Assembly (NCBI GenBank): GCA_951406725.2
Contig: OX597816.1
Coordinates: 105,710,001-105,774,000 of the forward strand
Source of the DNA: Octopus vulgaris
Lineage: Eukaryota
Length of the DNA: 64,000 bases
Direction of reading: 5' to 3'
Made by a program: the position numbers and the translations under genes
The notes under the pieces: generated by a model
Seen by the model: only the letters and a program-made list of their open reading frames with translations
The model's database searches: none
Told to the model about the DNA's origin: nothing
Part shown: piece after piece, positions 1-12,323 of the stretch
Position numbering within the stretch: position 1 is the first letter of the stretch
How the letters are laid out: every line of letters starts with the position of its first letter

Positions 1-444
1 CAACAATAACCACTGCTAGTGTCTTTATGCCTTTACGGCATCATACTTGTTGTTGTATTACTAACAGTATAAATAATTCATTATTGTCTCTGTTTTGCTG
101 TTACCACTGATGCTACAAGCACCAGTAATAATCCCCATACCTTATGTAATCTGTCTTTATAATATCCACTGTATTTGATGTCCCCATGGCAAATAAATAA
201 AACTAATAATAATACTGACAAATTTTTTTTTTATTTTGTCATAAAGCCATGAAAAATATGTAAAACAATGAAGGAAATTAAATTCAAGGGGAAGATAAGA
301 AGGGACAGGATTCAACAAGATATTTGAAAGCATAAGTATAAAATACAGCTGATACTGCAACAGCTGATGTCACTGCAGCTGATGTTGCTTCTGCTGCTGC
401 TGCTAATGGTGATGATGACTAGTGTTGCTGTTAACTGTTTCATC

Positions 445-585
445 ATGATCATAATCATGATCATCGTTTTAACGTCCACTTTTCCATGCTTGCATAGGTC
501 AGTCAGAATCTATTGAGGTAGATTTTTTTTTGCCCTTCCTGTTGCCGACCTTTACATGTTTCCAAGCAAGGTATTATTTTCCGTA
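445..585 (-). mobile_element. 3' fragment of SINE with (ATG)n tail
   Basis: catcat...tttaacgtccactttccatgcttgcat...gcccttcctgttgcc is the reverse of the tail seen at 8474-8708. Confidence 0.6.
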
Positions 586-735
586 AGCCCATATGAAAGG
601 TTCTTTCATGGTAAATAATACAGTATTTTGTGTTCTAACACAACATCCACTTTTGAGTGGGGATAAATATAATCTTTCAGTATTGATATTGCTTTTGTCA
701 CTATTAATTATATATATATGTATGTATGTATACTT

Positions 736-777
<42 letters not shown>

Positions 778-991
778 GATGATGATGATGATATATATAT
801 ATATTTATTTATTTATTATGGTAGTTTTGATTTTAAGAGTCCCTCCTAGCATGAGGCATTTATGTATAGTAATGCCCTTAATATAAATAAATATATTTAA
901 GAGGAAAATTTTATGGATCTTTCCCTTATGAGATTTTTCACGCTAACTACTTGATAAATTCTTATAAAGATTTTATCATAATTATCAATTG

Positions 992-995
<4 letters not shown>

Positions 996-1052
<57 letters not shown>
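996..1052. repeat. (TA)n microsatellite
   Basis: Long perfect TA run; many other (TA)n, (CA)n, (CT)n, (AAT)n and (CAT)n tracts occur throughout the window. Confidence 0.95.
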
Positions 1053-1055
<3 letters not shown>

Positions 1056-1545
1056 CATACTCACATATGCATACACACATAGACATAAACAAACAAACAA
1101 CACACATACAATACTCACACATGCATATATACATATCTGTGTCCTTAGAGCACAAGACTTAAAAGTCCACTCACATTCTATCCAGCCAGCTAGTATGTTG
1201 TTATTTAGAGCAATCAGCTGAAATATTTAAGGGCATCCCTTAAGGACTTTCCATACCAAACAGTTTATTTTTCCAACTGACAAAGAACAGGATTTGAACA
1301 CAGAATGAATAGAGTCAAATCTGAACCCAGAGCACAAAGAGTCAGAGCAAATATTGCAAGGCATTCTCTTTAATGCTCCATTGACTCTGCTAATTTGGAC
1401 CCTAATGAGTGTATGTATGTGTGTGTATTTTTATCTGTATGTCAAAGTGTGTATTTGCATCTTTGTGTGTGTGTGTGTGTATTTGCACCTCTGTGCGTAT
1501 TTGTATCAGTGTACATGTGTTTGCATCTGTGTGTATGTGAGCTTG

Positions 1546-1589
<44 letters not shown>

Positions 1590-4500
1590 AATGCACGTGC
1601 TTGCATCTGCATGTGTATTTGTTTCTGTGTGTACATACATATTTGTGTGTTTATATCTTTTGACATGTATAACTGAAAGATATAATCATCAATGAAAAAC
1701 AACTGCTGTTCAAATTCATTGAGTTACAGAAGCTTCCTTTCCATCCTTGTTGTCAAAATGCAGTGAAACAGAGAATGGCCAGTTGGAAAACTAACCAACA
1801 ATGCTATTGTCCACAAATTGCAGTGCAGAACAAACAAATAAGTGAATAAAAGATAGATAGATCCACATTACTCAGGGAAGATGTTGCAATGATGGGACAA
1901 TTTGTTGACATGCAGTGGTTCTTATGTATCAAGCAAAATCAGAAATACAGAATTAAGAGCATTACTCAAGTGAACAATAAACACATACAAAAGAACAAAA
2001 AATCTCAAATTACATATTCAGAATAAGAACCAACATTCTAAAATCCAATTCACTTTCTTTTTAATTACATTTCATTTAGTTATATTTTAGATTAGTTACC
2101 ATTACTTTACTAAATTCTTTTATTAATTTTGTTCCAGATTAATTATTTATCTAATTATCACTTCCTAATGGCCAGCCAGACTTACAATAGATTACACACC
2201 AAGTTTGCACTATCCTTTTTCCTTGAATAATTTTTTTTCTTTTTAATTGAATTTTGCTTTTATTTGCAATAAAAACATTGTACATTTACACATTTTTTTT
2301 TAGTAATTGCAAGAATCACTTTTGACTATATGTATGTAACCGTTTATGAATTTTAAGTACCAAAGCTGGTCAAGTGTAAAGCTCTTGTAAACATAGTCAA
2401 AATTATAAGAGGTAGACCCAGATTTGTTAAGCATATCAGAGACTTTTATCAGATACTGTTCATTATTGTAAAAGATATGCAGATATATCTGTTCTTATTA
2501 TGGGAAGGAGGAAGAGGAGAAGGGGAACAACAACAACAAGAGGAGAAACACAGTGGCAAAGGAGGAAGGAGACGAGGAGGGAGGGGAGGGGAGAGGAGAA
2601 AGGAGAAAGACAGAATGGACTAAACAGAACAGGAGGAGACATGTGGGATGGGGGATTGTTGAAGAGGTCACATGATGTGTGACGAAAGGTTTCCAGACAA
2701 AGGACATAAAATAAGGACAATAATAAAATAAATCTGAAATGAAGCAAAATTAATGAGTACCACCGAAACTGTCAAAGATGAAATAATTATGTTCATTACT
2801 CTTGTTACATAATCATTACATATACTCTATGGTTATTATAGCCTGCACACCTGCATTATATGATCACATATACAGCATCACAAATACTTTTTCCAGATAT
2901 ATGTACTACCGTGAAAGAGAACATGTGGAATTCTAGATAAATTATCTGGGCTTAGGTAAATGGTTATAAAAGCACATCAATAATATATAATTATAATTGC
3001 GTGTGTGTATGGGGGGGGGGGGGTTCTATTAGCACTTAATTCAAAGGTATGCATGAGTATTAGTCTTTCACCAATGTATAAACAAAAGATGAGTGGAAAA
3101 TTGAGGCTCCTGAAACAAGATTCTTTATAATATTTGCTCTGCACAGAGCTACAGACACTTCCATATCACCCTCACCATCAGAAACACAGTGCACGAGTGA
3201 TTAACCTGTTAGAAACCTTTATTTAAAGCTGTTATTGTCCACCAAGTGTGACATAAAATAAATAAAGACAAATTATGACAGAAAGTTAATCAATCATTTA
3301 GAAATAAAATTGCATTACTTTGTAATATCTTATTTTAGCTTTCAGAAATTAGATTGGATATGATTAACTTGGCAAAAATATTGATTTGTTGAAATTTAAT
3401 CTAAATGAGACATATTATCTTGAAAACTACATTCCTTTGCTGTTTAAGCTCCAGGTCAGACCTATAATGATAGGTTTTACAGCTGTGTTCCTCTGGGGTT
3501 TTTTGTCCAATATGTAGATGCAGATATGCCTGTGAGGTTAAAAAGTTTGGTTCTGAACTCTACAGTTAGGGGTTCAATGCCACTGCACGGAAGCAGTTGG
3601 CTATTGTCTTCTATTTTAAGCTGCAGGTTGAGAAATATACTGTGAGTGAAATTGGCAGATGGAAACTGGAAAAAGACTGTCATGCCAAATCATCATCATC
3701 ATCATCATTTTGGTGTCTACAGTGTCTACATGACTCACATAAAAGTATGTTGGAGCAGATTGTAAAGAAAATCCTTGCCAATCATACAAAGAATGTCAGT
3801 TGTGTTGCTTGCTTATGAAAGTGTGGGGATTGAAACCCCGACATGAAACTACCAGTTTGCAATCATGAGTATGCCATTACAGTTTCACAAGACTGATCTA
3901 AAAATCAACTAATCACAATGAAGCTATGGTGTGGATGGCTCTTCGAATATTCACACCCTTTTACTGTAGTTAAATAGTTTGGCACTTAAATCATAGCAAA
4001 CCACAGTTGGTCTTCAAGCAAGACAGGTCAGCAGGCCACAACTAATCTTCAAACAAAACACATTGATGTTCTCTTCTCCAAGCTTCAACGTGTTAACAGT
4101 TATTGTATCTGCATTTTCTCTTCTAGATAGCTAATGTCTAAGCCAACAGAGTAAATCTGCTTACAATTCTGATGACCAATAAATCTGTGATAATCTGTGT
4201 TTTTATATGCACAGTTTTCTATCAATAAGATATGGTTGAACATTCATGAGTTTGCTTTATTTATAATACATGCAGTCAGCCAGAACTCATACAGTGTTAT
4301 TTGTTTGCAGTCTTCAGTAAAAGTATGTCCAGGTTATTTGATTTTCAATAGGCTAGAAAATTGCCTTGCTTAGAAACAGATGAGCATTGTTATCAGACAG
4401 GCATCGAGCTGTAGAAAATTCTGCTTCAATGAAATCTTATGTGACCTATTGCAAGTATGCAATGGAAAAAAATATAGTACTAGACAACCAGCTGACAGTT

Positions 4501-4880
4501 GGTGATTCATAACCTATCACCTGCACTTTGATGTATTGACAGCCTAAACACTTAGCTCTTAGTGACTCATTCAGCTGATTCAGTTAGTCTCTGTAAGCAG
4601 CAGGAGCACTGTATACTCAACTTAATGCTGTTAACTTGCAGTAATGAATTAAGAATCTCTTATTGATATAGTCAGACTGGTTTGTTCTAGATAGACTACA
4701 GAAATGAGAAGTATGCAGTGGTGGTCATGTAAAGGTTACAGGACTTATTGATGCCACCACTACATCTTTTTAAATTAAATCTGGCTGAAAAAGGAAAAAT
4801 ATTATTTGTAAATTCAAAATTGTATCCAGTGTATTAGAATGACAATTTAACAATTTGTAATAAAAAATTTTTTTTTTTAC

Positions 4881-5045
4881 CTTTTGATCATCGGGTGACC
4901 AAACACCACAAGTTATAGAGGCATTGTCCAAATTCAGCATGGATGACCAATATCGTTGCCCAGCAACAGATCCCACAAGTACAAAACCATCCCAGTAGCA
5001 TATAAGTGCCATACGGCCATCATGTGACCATGCAAAGTCAGTGAC
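4881..5045 (-). CDS. TULP4: Next internal coding exon of Tubby-related protein 4
   Basis: 165 bp, phase 0, acceptor tttatag| and donor |gtaaaa. Translates to VTDFAWSHDGRMALICYWDGFVLVGSVAGQRYWSSMLNLDNASITCGVWSPDDQK, which joins in frame to the 34187-34315 exon and matches the TULP4 motif GFVLVGSV-GQR-WSS...ITCG-W-PDDQ. Confidence 0.95.
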
Positions 5046-6469
5046 CTATAAATAAATAAATTAATTAATTAAAACAAACATGTTAAGTGAGAACAAGATA
5101 AGTTGATATCACTATAAACACACAATTGAAATTTAAGACAATAAATTTGCAGTCAGGCTGATAAAGAACCATCAACATGGCTTTGTGCAGCTCAAGTCAA
5201 AAGCAAGATACTTTGGTAAATCAATTACAATGTGGAATCTGATAGTACAAATTATATATCATTGAAACTGTTTTATGGTTTGTAAGAAATCCATATGAGT
5301 TAGTTATAAATGTAATTATCCAAAACAGGAATCTAAAATGGTTTGGGTAGAGGATGCATAACTAAAGCTGATATCTGATTAATGCATCTGTTAGTAAAAT
5401 AGAGTTCGAATAGAAATTCAATTTTTTTTTTAACTTCCACAAGTATACATGATTTCAAGATTGAATTAGCAAAACACAAATCTTATATCCTTGAACACAA
5501 GGTTTGATTGATTGTATTCTCCATAACAGACACTATATGGCAAATGGTTTCATTTTGGTGCAAAAAAAACATAATGGAATTTTTTCCCTTAAAACTGTAA
5601 TTGAAGAAAGGTAAATCTAAATCTAATTAGAATAACCTAATTTCTTTAATTTATCTATTTGATAAACCATCAGTTCATCAGTTGTCCTATGTGCCTACAC
5701 TGCTGTAACTATAGTGCAGGTATGGTAAACAGCATCTGGGTACTGAAACAACAGTGAAACAATTTTTCAACATGATAGCTTAACCTGAAATAAGTAGCAT
5801 CCATAACATTCTCTCAAATTACACCCAATCATCTTAAAGAAAAAAAAGGAAAGGATCCATATTATAATACCTTCTTAGATATACTATATCTGAAACAAAG
5901 ATGGACCATATCTTATATGCTTTTAATTATAGGTCTGTTTGAACAGAGTTCATACAGAACTATAACAAACATTATCTAGTAATGAGATTAAGGCAAAAAT
6001 AAGGCCAACATTACATTCAATCTCAGGACTGTATAAAGAAACACCTATCTGTCTCTATCATATATTTTGTGAGCTGTGTTAAATATTGCATGTATTTCAA
6101 GAATACAAGGATGACTGAATAGTTAACGAATTTGTTTTACAATAATAAGGTTCCAACCTCAACAGCACTGTGCAGTATCTTGAAAAATGTGTCTTCTATG
6201 ACAGCTTCAAGTCATCTTGAGGATTATGTTCAGTGGCCATACAATAGTAAAATCACTTTCACTATAAATTCAATAGTAAGCAGTTCAGCTGATTGAATAA
6301 TTAGAATACTTAGCAATAAAAAAACCAATGGAAGTCCATCTCTTAATAATGTTTGCTTCAATTTTTTAAAGGTTTATGAGGTACCAGCCCTATGCTTAAG
6401 TTCTGACCAACTTAGTAGAATATGATTTTAGTATTATAATTCTACTTCAACAATAAAAGATTCATGAGC

Positions 6470-7050
6470 AAACAACAGCCAAATTTCTCTCAAATGACAC
6501 CCTGCTATCCTACAAAAAAGTAAAGACACACTAGACAATGTAGTCCTTAATATACAAATAAATAGAATTGTCATGATTTCAATGCCTTTATTTATAAATC
6601 TGCTTGATCAGTTTTGAGTGAATTAACACCAGCAGCAACAACTAAAAGATTTAGTTAAAAGCCAATGAAGGAGCCTGTATGTGGTCACTTGACTTGCTAA
6701 AAACAGCAACCAAATCTCCCTCATGCTACATCTAACCATCTTAAAGAAAGGACACACTGGATAATGTATTCCAACACACTCCTAAAAAGATAGCAAATAT
6801 AGCTGAAACACTTGTGATCCAGTCAGATCAGAAGTGACCTGGGCTGAATACCACCAATAACAATGCACAGTCTGCTAGAAATAGCAGCCTAAACTCCCTC
6901 AAATGACATGCTATATTCTGAAATAAGGAAAGGTACATTCAATAATCTAGTCTTAGATATGTTACATCAGAAAATAAGGTAGGAAGGTCAATGTTTGACC
7001 ACCATTGATCATAGAGCTACTGGATAAGGGCTGACATGGTGCTAAACACC
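6470..7050 (+). repeat. Tandem cluster of ~200-bp dispersed repeat
   Basis: Three consecutive diverged units sharing aacagccaaatctccctcaaat...aaaggacacactggataatgtagtc...gatcag...ctgacctggggctaaac; a further unit lies at ~5785-5970. Confidence 0.7.
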
Positions 7051-7529
7051 ACCAAAAATAAACTCAATAAATGTAAGATTGAGGCTCCATTTTGATAGTG
7101 TTTAACATTTTACCATACTACAGTGCTTTATTAATCATTATAAAGAAACATAAAGAAATTATAAGAAAAGCTTTCTGTAGCGTTAATAAATGAACTGGTT
7201 GTAAGAATGAGAAAATTAGAATTGTTTCACCTGCTTTATGAGACCAGCAATTTATTCATAGCTAATTTGATAAACTGAGGATATGTAGAATTAAGCCAAG
7301 ATACTTTGCCATAATAGAAACATAAATCTACATAAGTTGCTGATAAATTCCAGGTAACACATGCAAGGCCAGTATGAAAGCAAGAGTTCATTATTTAAGA
7401 TTAGAAATGCCACCAACAATCCTATGATGTAAATATTAAATTTGATTGAAAAGAATGAAACATGGTCGATAAAGAATGAAACAAAGAAACAAGTTGATGC
7501 ACATGGGTAACATAATTGAATATGGGAAG

Positions 7530-8338
7530 ATTTCATAAACAGTAAGTCAATCAAGTTCTGGTAAGGTCCCAGATCAAGATGGACTACTCACAGAATTCTT
7601 GAAAGTAGGAGGTAACACTGTGACATTTGTAATACATAGAATAATTATTGCTTGTTAGGAAGGAACTCTGATTCCACATTACTGGCTTGACGGCATTTTG
7701 TGTTCATTTATAAAGGCAAAAGACCTGACATATGTCCTATAATTTTACCAGATATTCAATCTAGCTTTCGAGTGAGCAGAGGGACAATGGACGTGATTTT
7801 CTTGGCTAGGCAGCAACTTCAAGAGAAGTGTATTGAATATCAAGTGTCACTCTTTCAGGAAGCTTCAATAGAGAAGCTTTGTAGATGATCCTTCACAAGA
7901 CTTATGCTCATGTTCAAAGAATTGCACTGCAATACAAAAACCAGGACTGTATTTACTGGAGAACCTTCAGAAGAGGTTGTTATTGACAATGGAGCAAAAC
8001 AAAGTGTCATCTGGACAGCAACATTGTTCACAACATATTTCACTACGCTGCTAGATAATTCTTTTCAGAACTATGATAAAGGTGTAAATATAAAATTTTG
8101 AACTTCAGGAAAGATTTTCAATTTATGATATTTCAATAGTAAATCAATGACATTTCTGGCTCTAATTAGAAAACTTTAGTATTCAGACAATGCTAACTTT
8201 GTAGCACATACAAAATATAGGTCATAATGGACAAATTTTCTGTTGCATGCATTGCCTTTATTCTAACTTAAGTTTAAAAAAAGGCCAAGGTGATGTTCAT
8301 GCTGGTACCTGGTGAATACTATGTGGAATCTAATATCT
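7530..8338 (+). mobile_element. RTE-clade LINE, decayed reverse transcriptase (5' part)
   Basis: Broken reading frames with RT motifs LPDIQSSFRVSRGTMDVIFLARQQLQEKCIE, NGAKQSVIWTATLFTTYF (cf. NGVKQGCVLAPTLF) and a decayed YADD-like region; stops and frameshifts present. Confidence 0.85.
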
Positions 8339-8339
8339 A

Positions 8340-9447
8340 CAGTGGTTCTATTAAATTTAAGAATGCTAGTATACTAATGTTAAAATGGCATTTTTTATAT
8401 ATTCAATTTGACAACCTTTAAGTATGGTATACAACTTTACAGCGTAACATCAACATATTAATTTTAAATTAACGATGCCGGTGCACATAAAAAGCACCGA
8501 TCGTGGCCGTTTGCCAGCCTTGTCTGGCATGTAAAAATCACCCACTACACTCACAGAGTGGTTGGCATTAGGAAGGGCATCCAGCCGTAGAAACATTGCC
8601 AGATCAGACTGGGCCTGGTGCAGCCTTCTGGCTTCCCAGACCCCAGTTGAACCGTCCAACCCATGCTAGCATGGAAAGCAGACGCTAAACAATGATGATG
8701 ATGATGATAACTCTTAATTATCATAATTTATAGTGCCATTTAATTTAAGAACAATTTGTAAAATTTCATTTGTTTGCGTTAAAATGTTTATTCTGAGATC
8801 AACAAAAAAACAATAAGCTCACATAATCAGTATTTGGTTGGGTATCCAAAATTACTTAATACAGCTTTGCATCTGCGAAACATAGAATTGTTCAGATAAT
8901 TTATCACTGTTCCTGAGATTTTTTCTCAATTTTGGGTAATAATGTTTAAAAAATCATCCAAAAGGCAGCATGCTCATTTAAAATATACTTTGAGAAAGGG
9001 AACTATCATGGATGTGCCAGATGTGAATGAGAGCTGAAAATGCAGTCCTAGTGACTGATGTCTCCTATTAAAAGCTGGCTACATAAGGCACATGAAATTA
9101 CACAGTAATTTGCAAAACTTGGCTTTCTACTTTGCACAGCTCTACCAAACATTTCCCAAAGACTTTCTATGGGATTTAGGTTGAGCGACTGCATCAGCCA
9201 CCGCATCAACTGAACTCTCTTAGATCTAATGTAATCTCTGACTAGGTGCAAGGTGTGTTTCAGGTCGTTGTCATGTTGGGAAGTGCAAGATCAGCCCAAA
9301 TGCTTTCAAGCCTATAGAAGCATAGTCTTATCCAATATTTCTAGATAGAACTTACTATCCATAATGCCCTTGATTCGGATTATAGGACCAACACCTTTTC
9401 CAGACATGCACCCCCACACCATCACACTTCCACCACTGTGCTTAATT
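8340..9447 (-). mobile_element. Tc1-family DNA transposon remnant interrupting the LINE
   Basis: Minus-strand peptides KHSGGSVMVWGCMSGKGVGPIIRIKGIMDSKFYLEIL, QHDNDLKHT and QSLNLNPIESLW (cf. Tc1 QQDNDPKH, SPDLNPIENLW); TA-CAGTG terminus at ~8338-8345. Confidence 0.85.
8474..8708 (+). mobile_element. SINE 3' portion with (ATG)n tail
   Basis: gagtggttggcattaggaagggcatccagccgtagaaac...ccatgctagcatggaaagcagacgctaaac(atg)n; near-identical reverse copy at 17570-17757. Confidence 0.8.
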
Positions 9448-9451
9448 ATAC

Positions 9452-10350
9452 TGAGAATCAAGAAAGCAAGTACAGCCTTTGACAAACTTGAGGAAAGGTT
9501 ATATTCAAATAGAGGTATGACAGCTCATACAAAAATCAGTCTTTATAAGACGTGCATATTGACACCACTCTTGTATGCTTCTGAAAATTGGACTACTCAT
9601 AGTAGGCATGTAAAGATACTTAAAAGATTCCACCAGAAATGCCCCAGAAGAATATTAAAGACTAAATAGGAAGATTTGCTATTAGACACAAAAATATTTC
9701 AGAAGGCTGTGTCTCTGTCTACTGAGCATGCTTAGTACAAAATCAAATATGATAGGCAGAGTGCCTTGTACGTATGTCAGGTGTTATTTTTTGGGAATTG
9801 ACAATTTGATCTACGACAACAACATAACCCCAAGAAATAGTACATGGACTACATTCAGGACAACTTTATGAAATTGAAAATAAATGTTAATTCCAGAAAG
9901 AGAAAGTGATTGAGAAAATGGATGGAAGTCTCTGGTGAAGGAAGGTATTGTGAGCTTTGAGCTAGCCAAAAGGTAGCATGCTCATTTAAAATATACTTTG
10001 AGAAAGGGAACTATCATGGATGTGCCAAATGTGATAGAGATGGAAATGCAGTCATAGTGACTTATGTTTCCTATTAAAAGCTGGCTACATAAGGCACATG
10101 AAATCATGGAGTAATTTGCAAAACTAAGATGCATCTAACAATGTTTTGCCACCATTTTATAATAACTACATCTGTGTGGTATGCGGAAAATTTCTTACAG
10201 TAACTCTGGTTTGAAAAGGCACATGAAAATACATAAGAATACCACACAAGTAAGTTATACAAACTCTATCTTATCTCTCACATATTTGAAGCCTTGCAGA
10301 TCAACAGCCAGTCCGCAGAGTCATCTCAGAGCACATAAACATAATGAAGA
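9452..10350 (+). mobile_element. RTE-clade LINE, 3' part with decayed C2H2-like fingers
   Basis: RIKKASTAFDKLEERLYSNRGMTAHTKISLYKTCILTPLLYASENWTTHSRHVKILKRFHQKC is typical post-RT RTE sequence; downstream CVVCGK, SGLKRHMKIH and SHLRAH resemble C-terminal zinc fingers. Confidence 0.85.
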
Positions 10351-11920
10351 TTATCAAGATGATGTAGATCAACTGAAACAGCTATTATCTGTTGAGATGA
10401 AGTGATTATCATATATATACATGTACACACACACACACACACACACACACATGCATACACAGATGTAGGGTGGTGGAAGTAGAACTCATTATTGTCAGTT
10501 ATTATTACTCCGTCCCGAAGCACTTTTTACTACCCTCCATTCTTACCACTGTCCACTCACCATTCTTGCCTACCCTTCCAAATCCCTCTGTCAACATCCT
10601 CTTTCTATTCATCTCATTGGACATGTTACCTTGAAAGTTTACTCTGGCTCCTTGATGCCTTTATCATCTTTATTTCTCTCTCTAACACCTCTTCATCCAA
10701 TACCATATATATTGCAAAGGTATTTAACAGTACCACACTGTGGTTCAAATCCAGAACCATCATAAAGTGACCTCTTTAGCCACATCATGTTTGGCATTAA
10801 AGCGAACTCTCTATTGATCTATCAGTTACACACTCTCTCTCTCTATGTTGTCTTATTTGTTACATACACATTCTGCCAATCTTATTCTTTTACTCACCAT
10901 CTGTCATACTTTTTCAGCCTCTATTTCAGTATTTCACCCACTCTCTCTATCTCTTTTTCAATGTAGCCTAGGATACTGAGTAAAAGTGCATGAATTGTGT
11001 GTGTAAGTCTGCATGTATGTCTATGTCTGTATGATTGTGTGTACATATATATTTTTGTATGCATATATCTGTATATGTGCAAATGTAAGTGAGTGAATGA
11101 GAGAGTAAGAGAACGTGTGTGTGTGTGCGCGCATACTGAGACACACATATCTGCTTGCAACATCAAACTGATTGTGATTGACTGTGACAGTTTTTCATAT
11201 AAATAAACATTATTTCTAAATTTATTACAGTCTTTTTGTGTAAACCTGAGATTATCTATCATTATTGTTATTATTGTTGTCGTTTTCATTTAATCCCAGG
11301 TCAGCTCTGACCGAGCAAGTCTATGACCAATCGCAGTCATAGCCATATCATCCTTTATTCAGACATATATATCTTGCACTAAATTACCAAATGGTGGATG
11401 TACATCATTCAACGATGAGACTTTGAAGGAGATTTGGCTGCCATTTCTAGCAAGTTGAGTGAGCATGTAGAGCTCCCTCATGGACTTATAAATGGCTATT
11501 GTTATTCCAGTAAGTAAGAAGAGCAATAATTTACATCATTTGTTATCATTCAATAAGACATTATATATGTTGGTCACAAAGGCACAGTTAGCCAAATGGT
11601 TAAGAAGTTCACTTTGCAACAATGAGGTCATGGGTTCAATCTCATTACATGACATTTTGGTCAAAAGTGAGTGAAACTGAGTAGACAGAAGCTGTATAGA
11701 AGTTCATCACTTAGTTTGCACCTGCAACTCAAACAGGTACAACCTTGTCACACCTTGTGTAACACTGACGTTGTTTGAGAATTACATTAAAGGTACATGC
11801 CTGTGGAATGCTCAGCCACTTACACATTAATTCAAGAATCTTCATTGTTGAACAATATGAGATCCATCATTTTATCACATAATTCAGTTAAGAAGTTAAA
11901 TACATATTGTTATAAATGTT

Positions 11921-12323
11921 TGTGGCTGTGTGGTAAGTAGCTTGCTTATGAACCACATGGTTCTGGGTTCAGTCCAACTGTGTGGCACCTTGGGCAAGTG
12001 TCTTCTACTATAGCCTTGGGCCGACCAAAGCCTTGTGAGTGGATTTGGTAGATGGAAACTGAAAGAATCCTATTGTATATATGTATATATATATGTGTGT
12101 GTGTGTGTGTTTGTGTATCTGTGTTTGTCCCCGCCCAACATCACTTGACAACCGATGGTGGTGTGATTACGTCCCCATAACTTAGCGGTTCGGCAAAAGA
12201 GACCGATAGAATAAGTACTAGGCTTACAAAGAATAAGTCCTGGGGTCGATTTGCTCAACTAAAGGTGGTGCTCCGGCATGGCCACAGTCAAATGACTGAA
12301 ACAAGTAAAAGAGAGTAAAAGAG
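11921..12323 (+). mobile_element. Full-length tRNA-derived SINE with internal microsatellite
   Basis: A-box tggctgtgtgg, B-box gggttcagtcc, CORE-like ggcaccttgggcaagtgtctt, internal (TA)/(TG) tract and tail aaatgactgaaacaagtaaaagag; further copies at 39283-39668 and 62770-63162. Confidence 0.9.

Noticed and set aside
593-1702. ORFs rich in YI, CV, SL, HT, ER repeats
   Set aside because: Translations of (TA)n, (TG)n, (CT)n and (CA)n microsatellites; the same applies to similar ORFs across the window.
2463-2747. Overlapping ORFs on both strands
   Set aside because: Purine-rich low-complexity tract with no protein-family motif or splice support.
6470-7050. CRISPR-like repeat array
   Set aside because: Eukaryotic context; units are long, diverged and lack a repeat-spacer structure.
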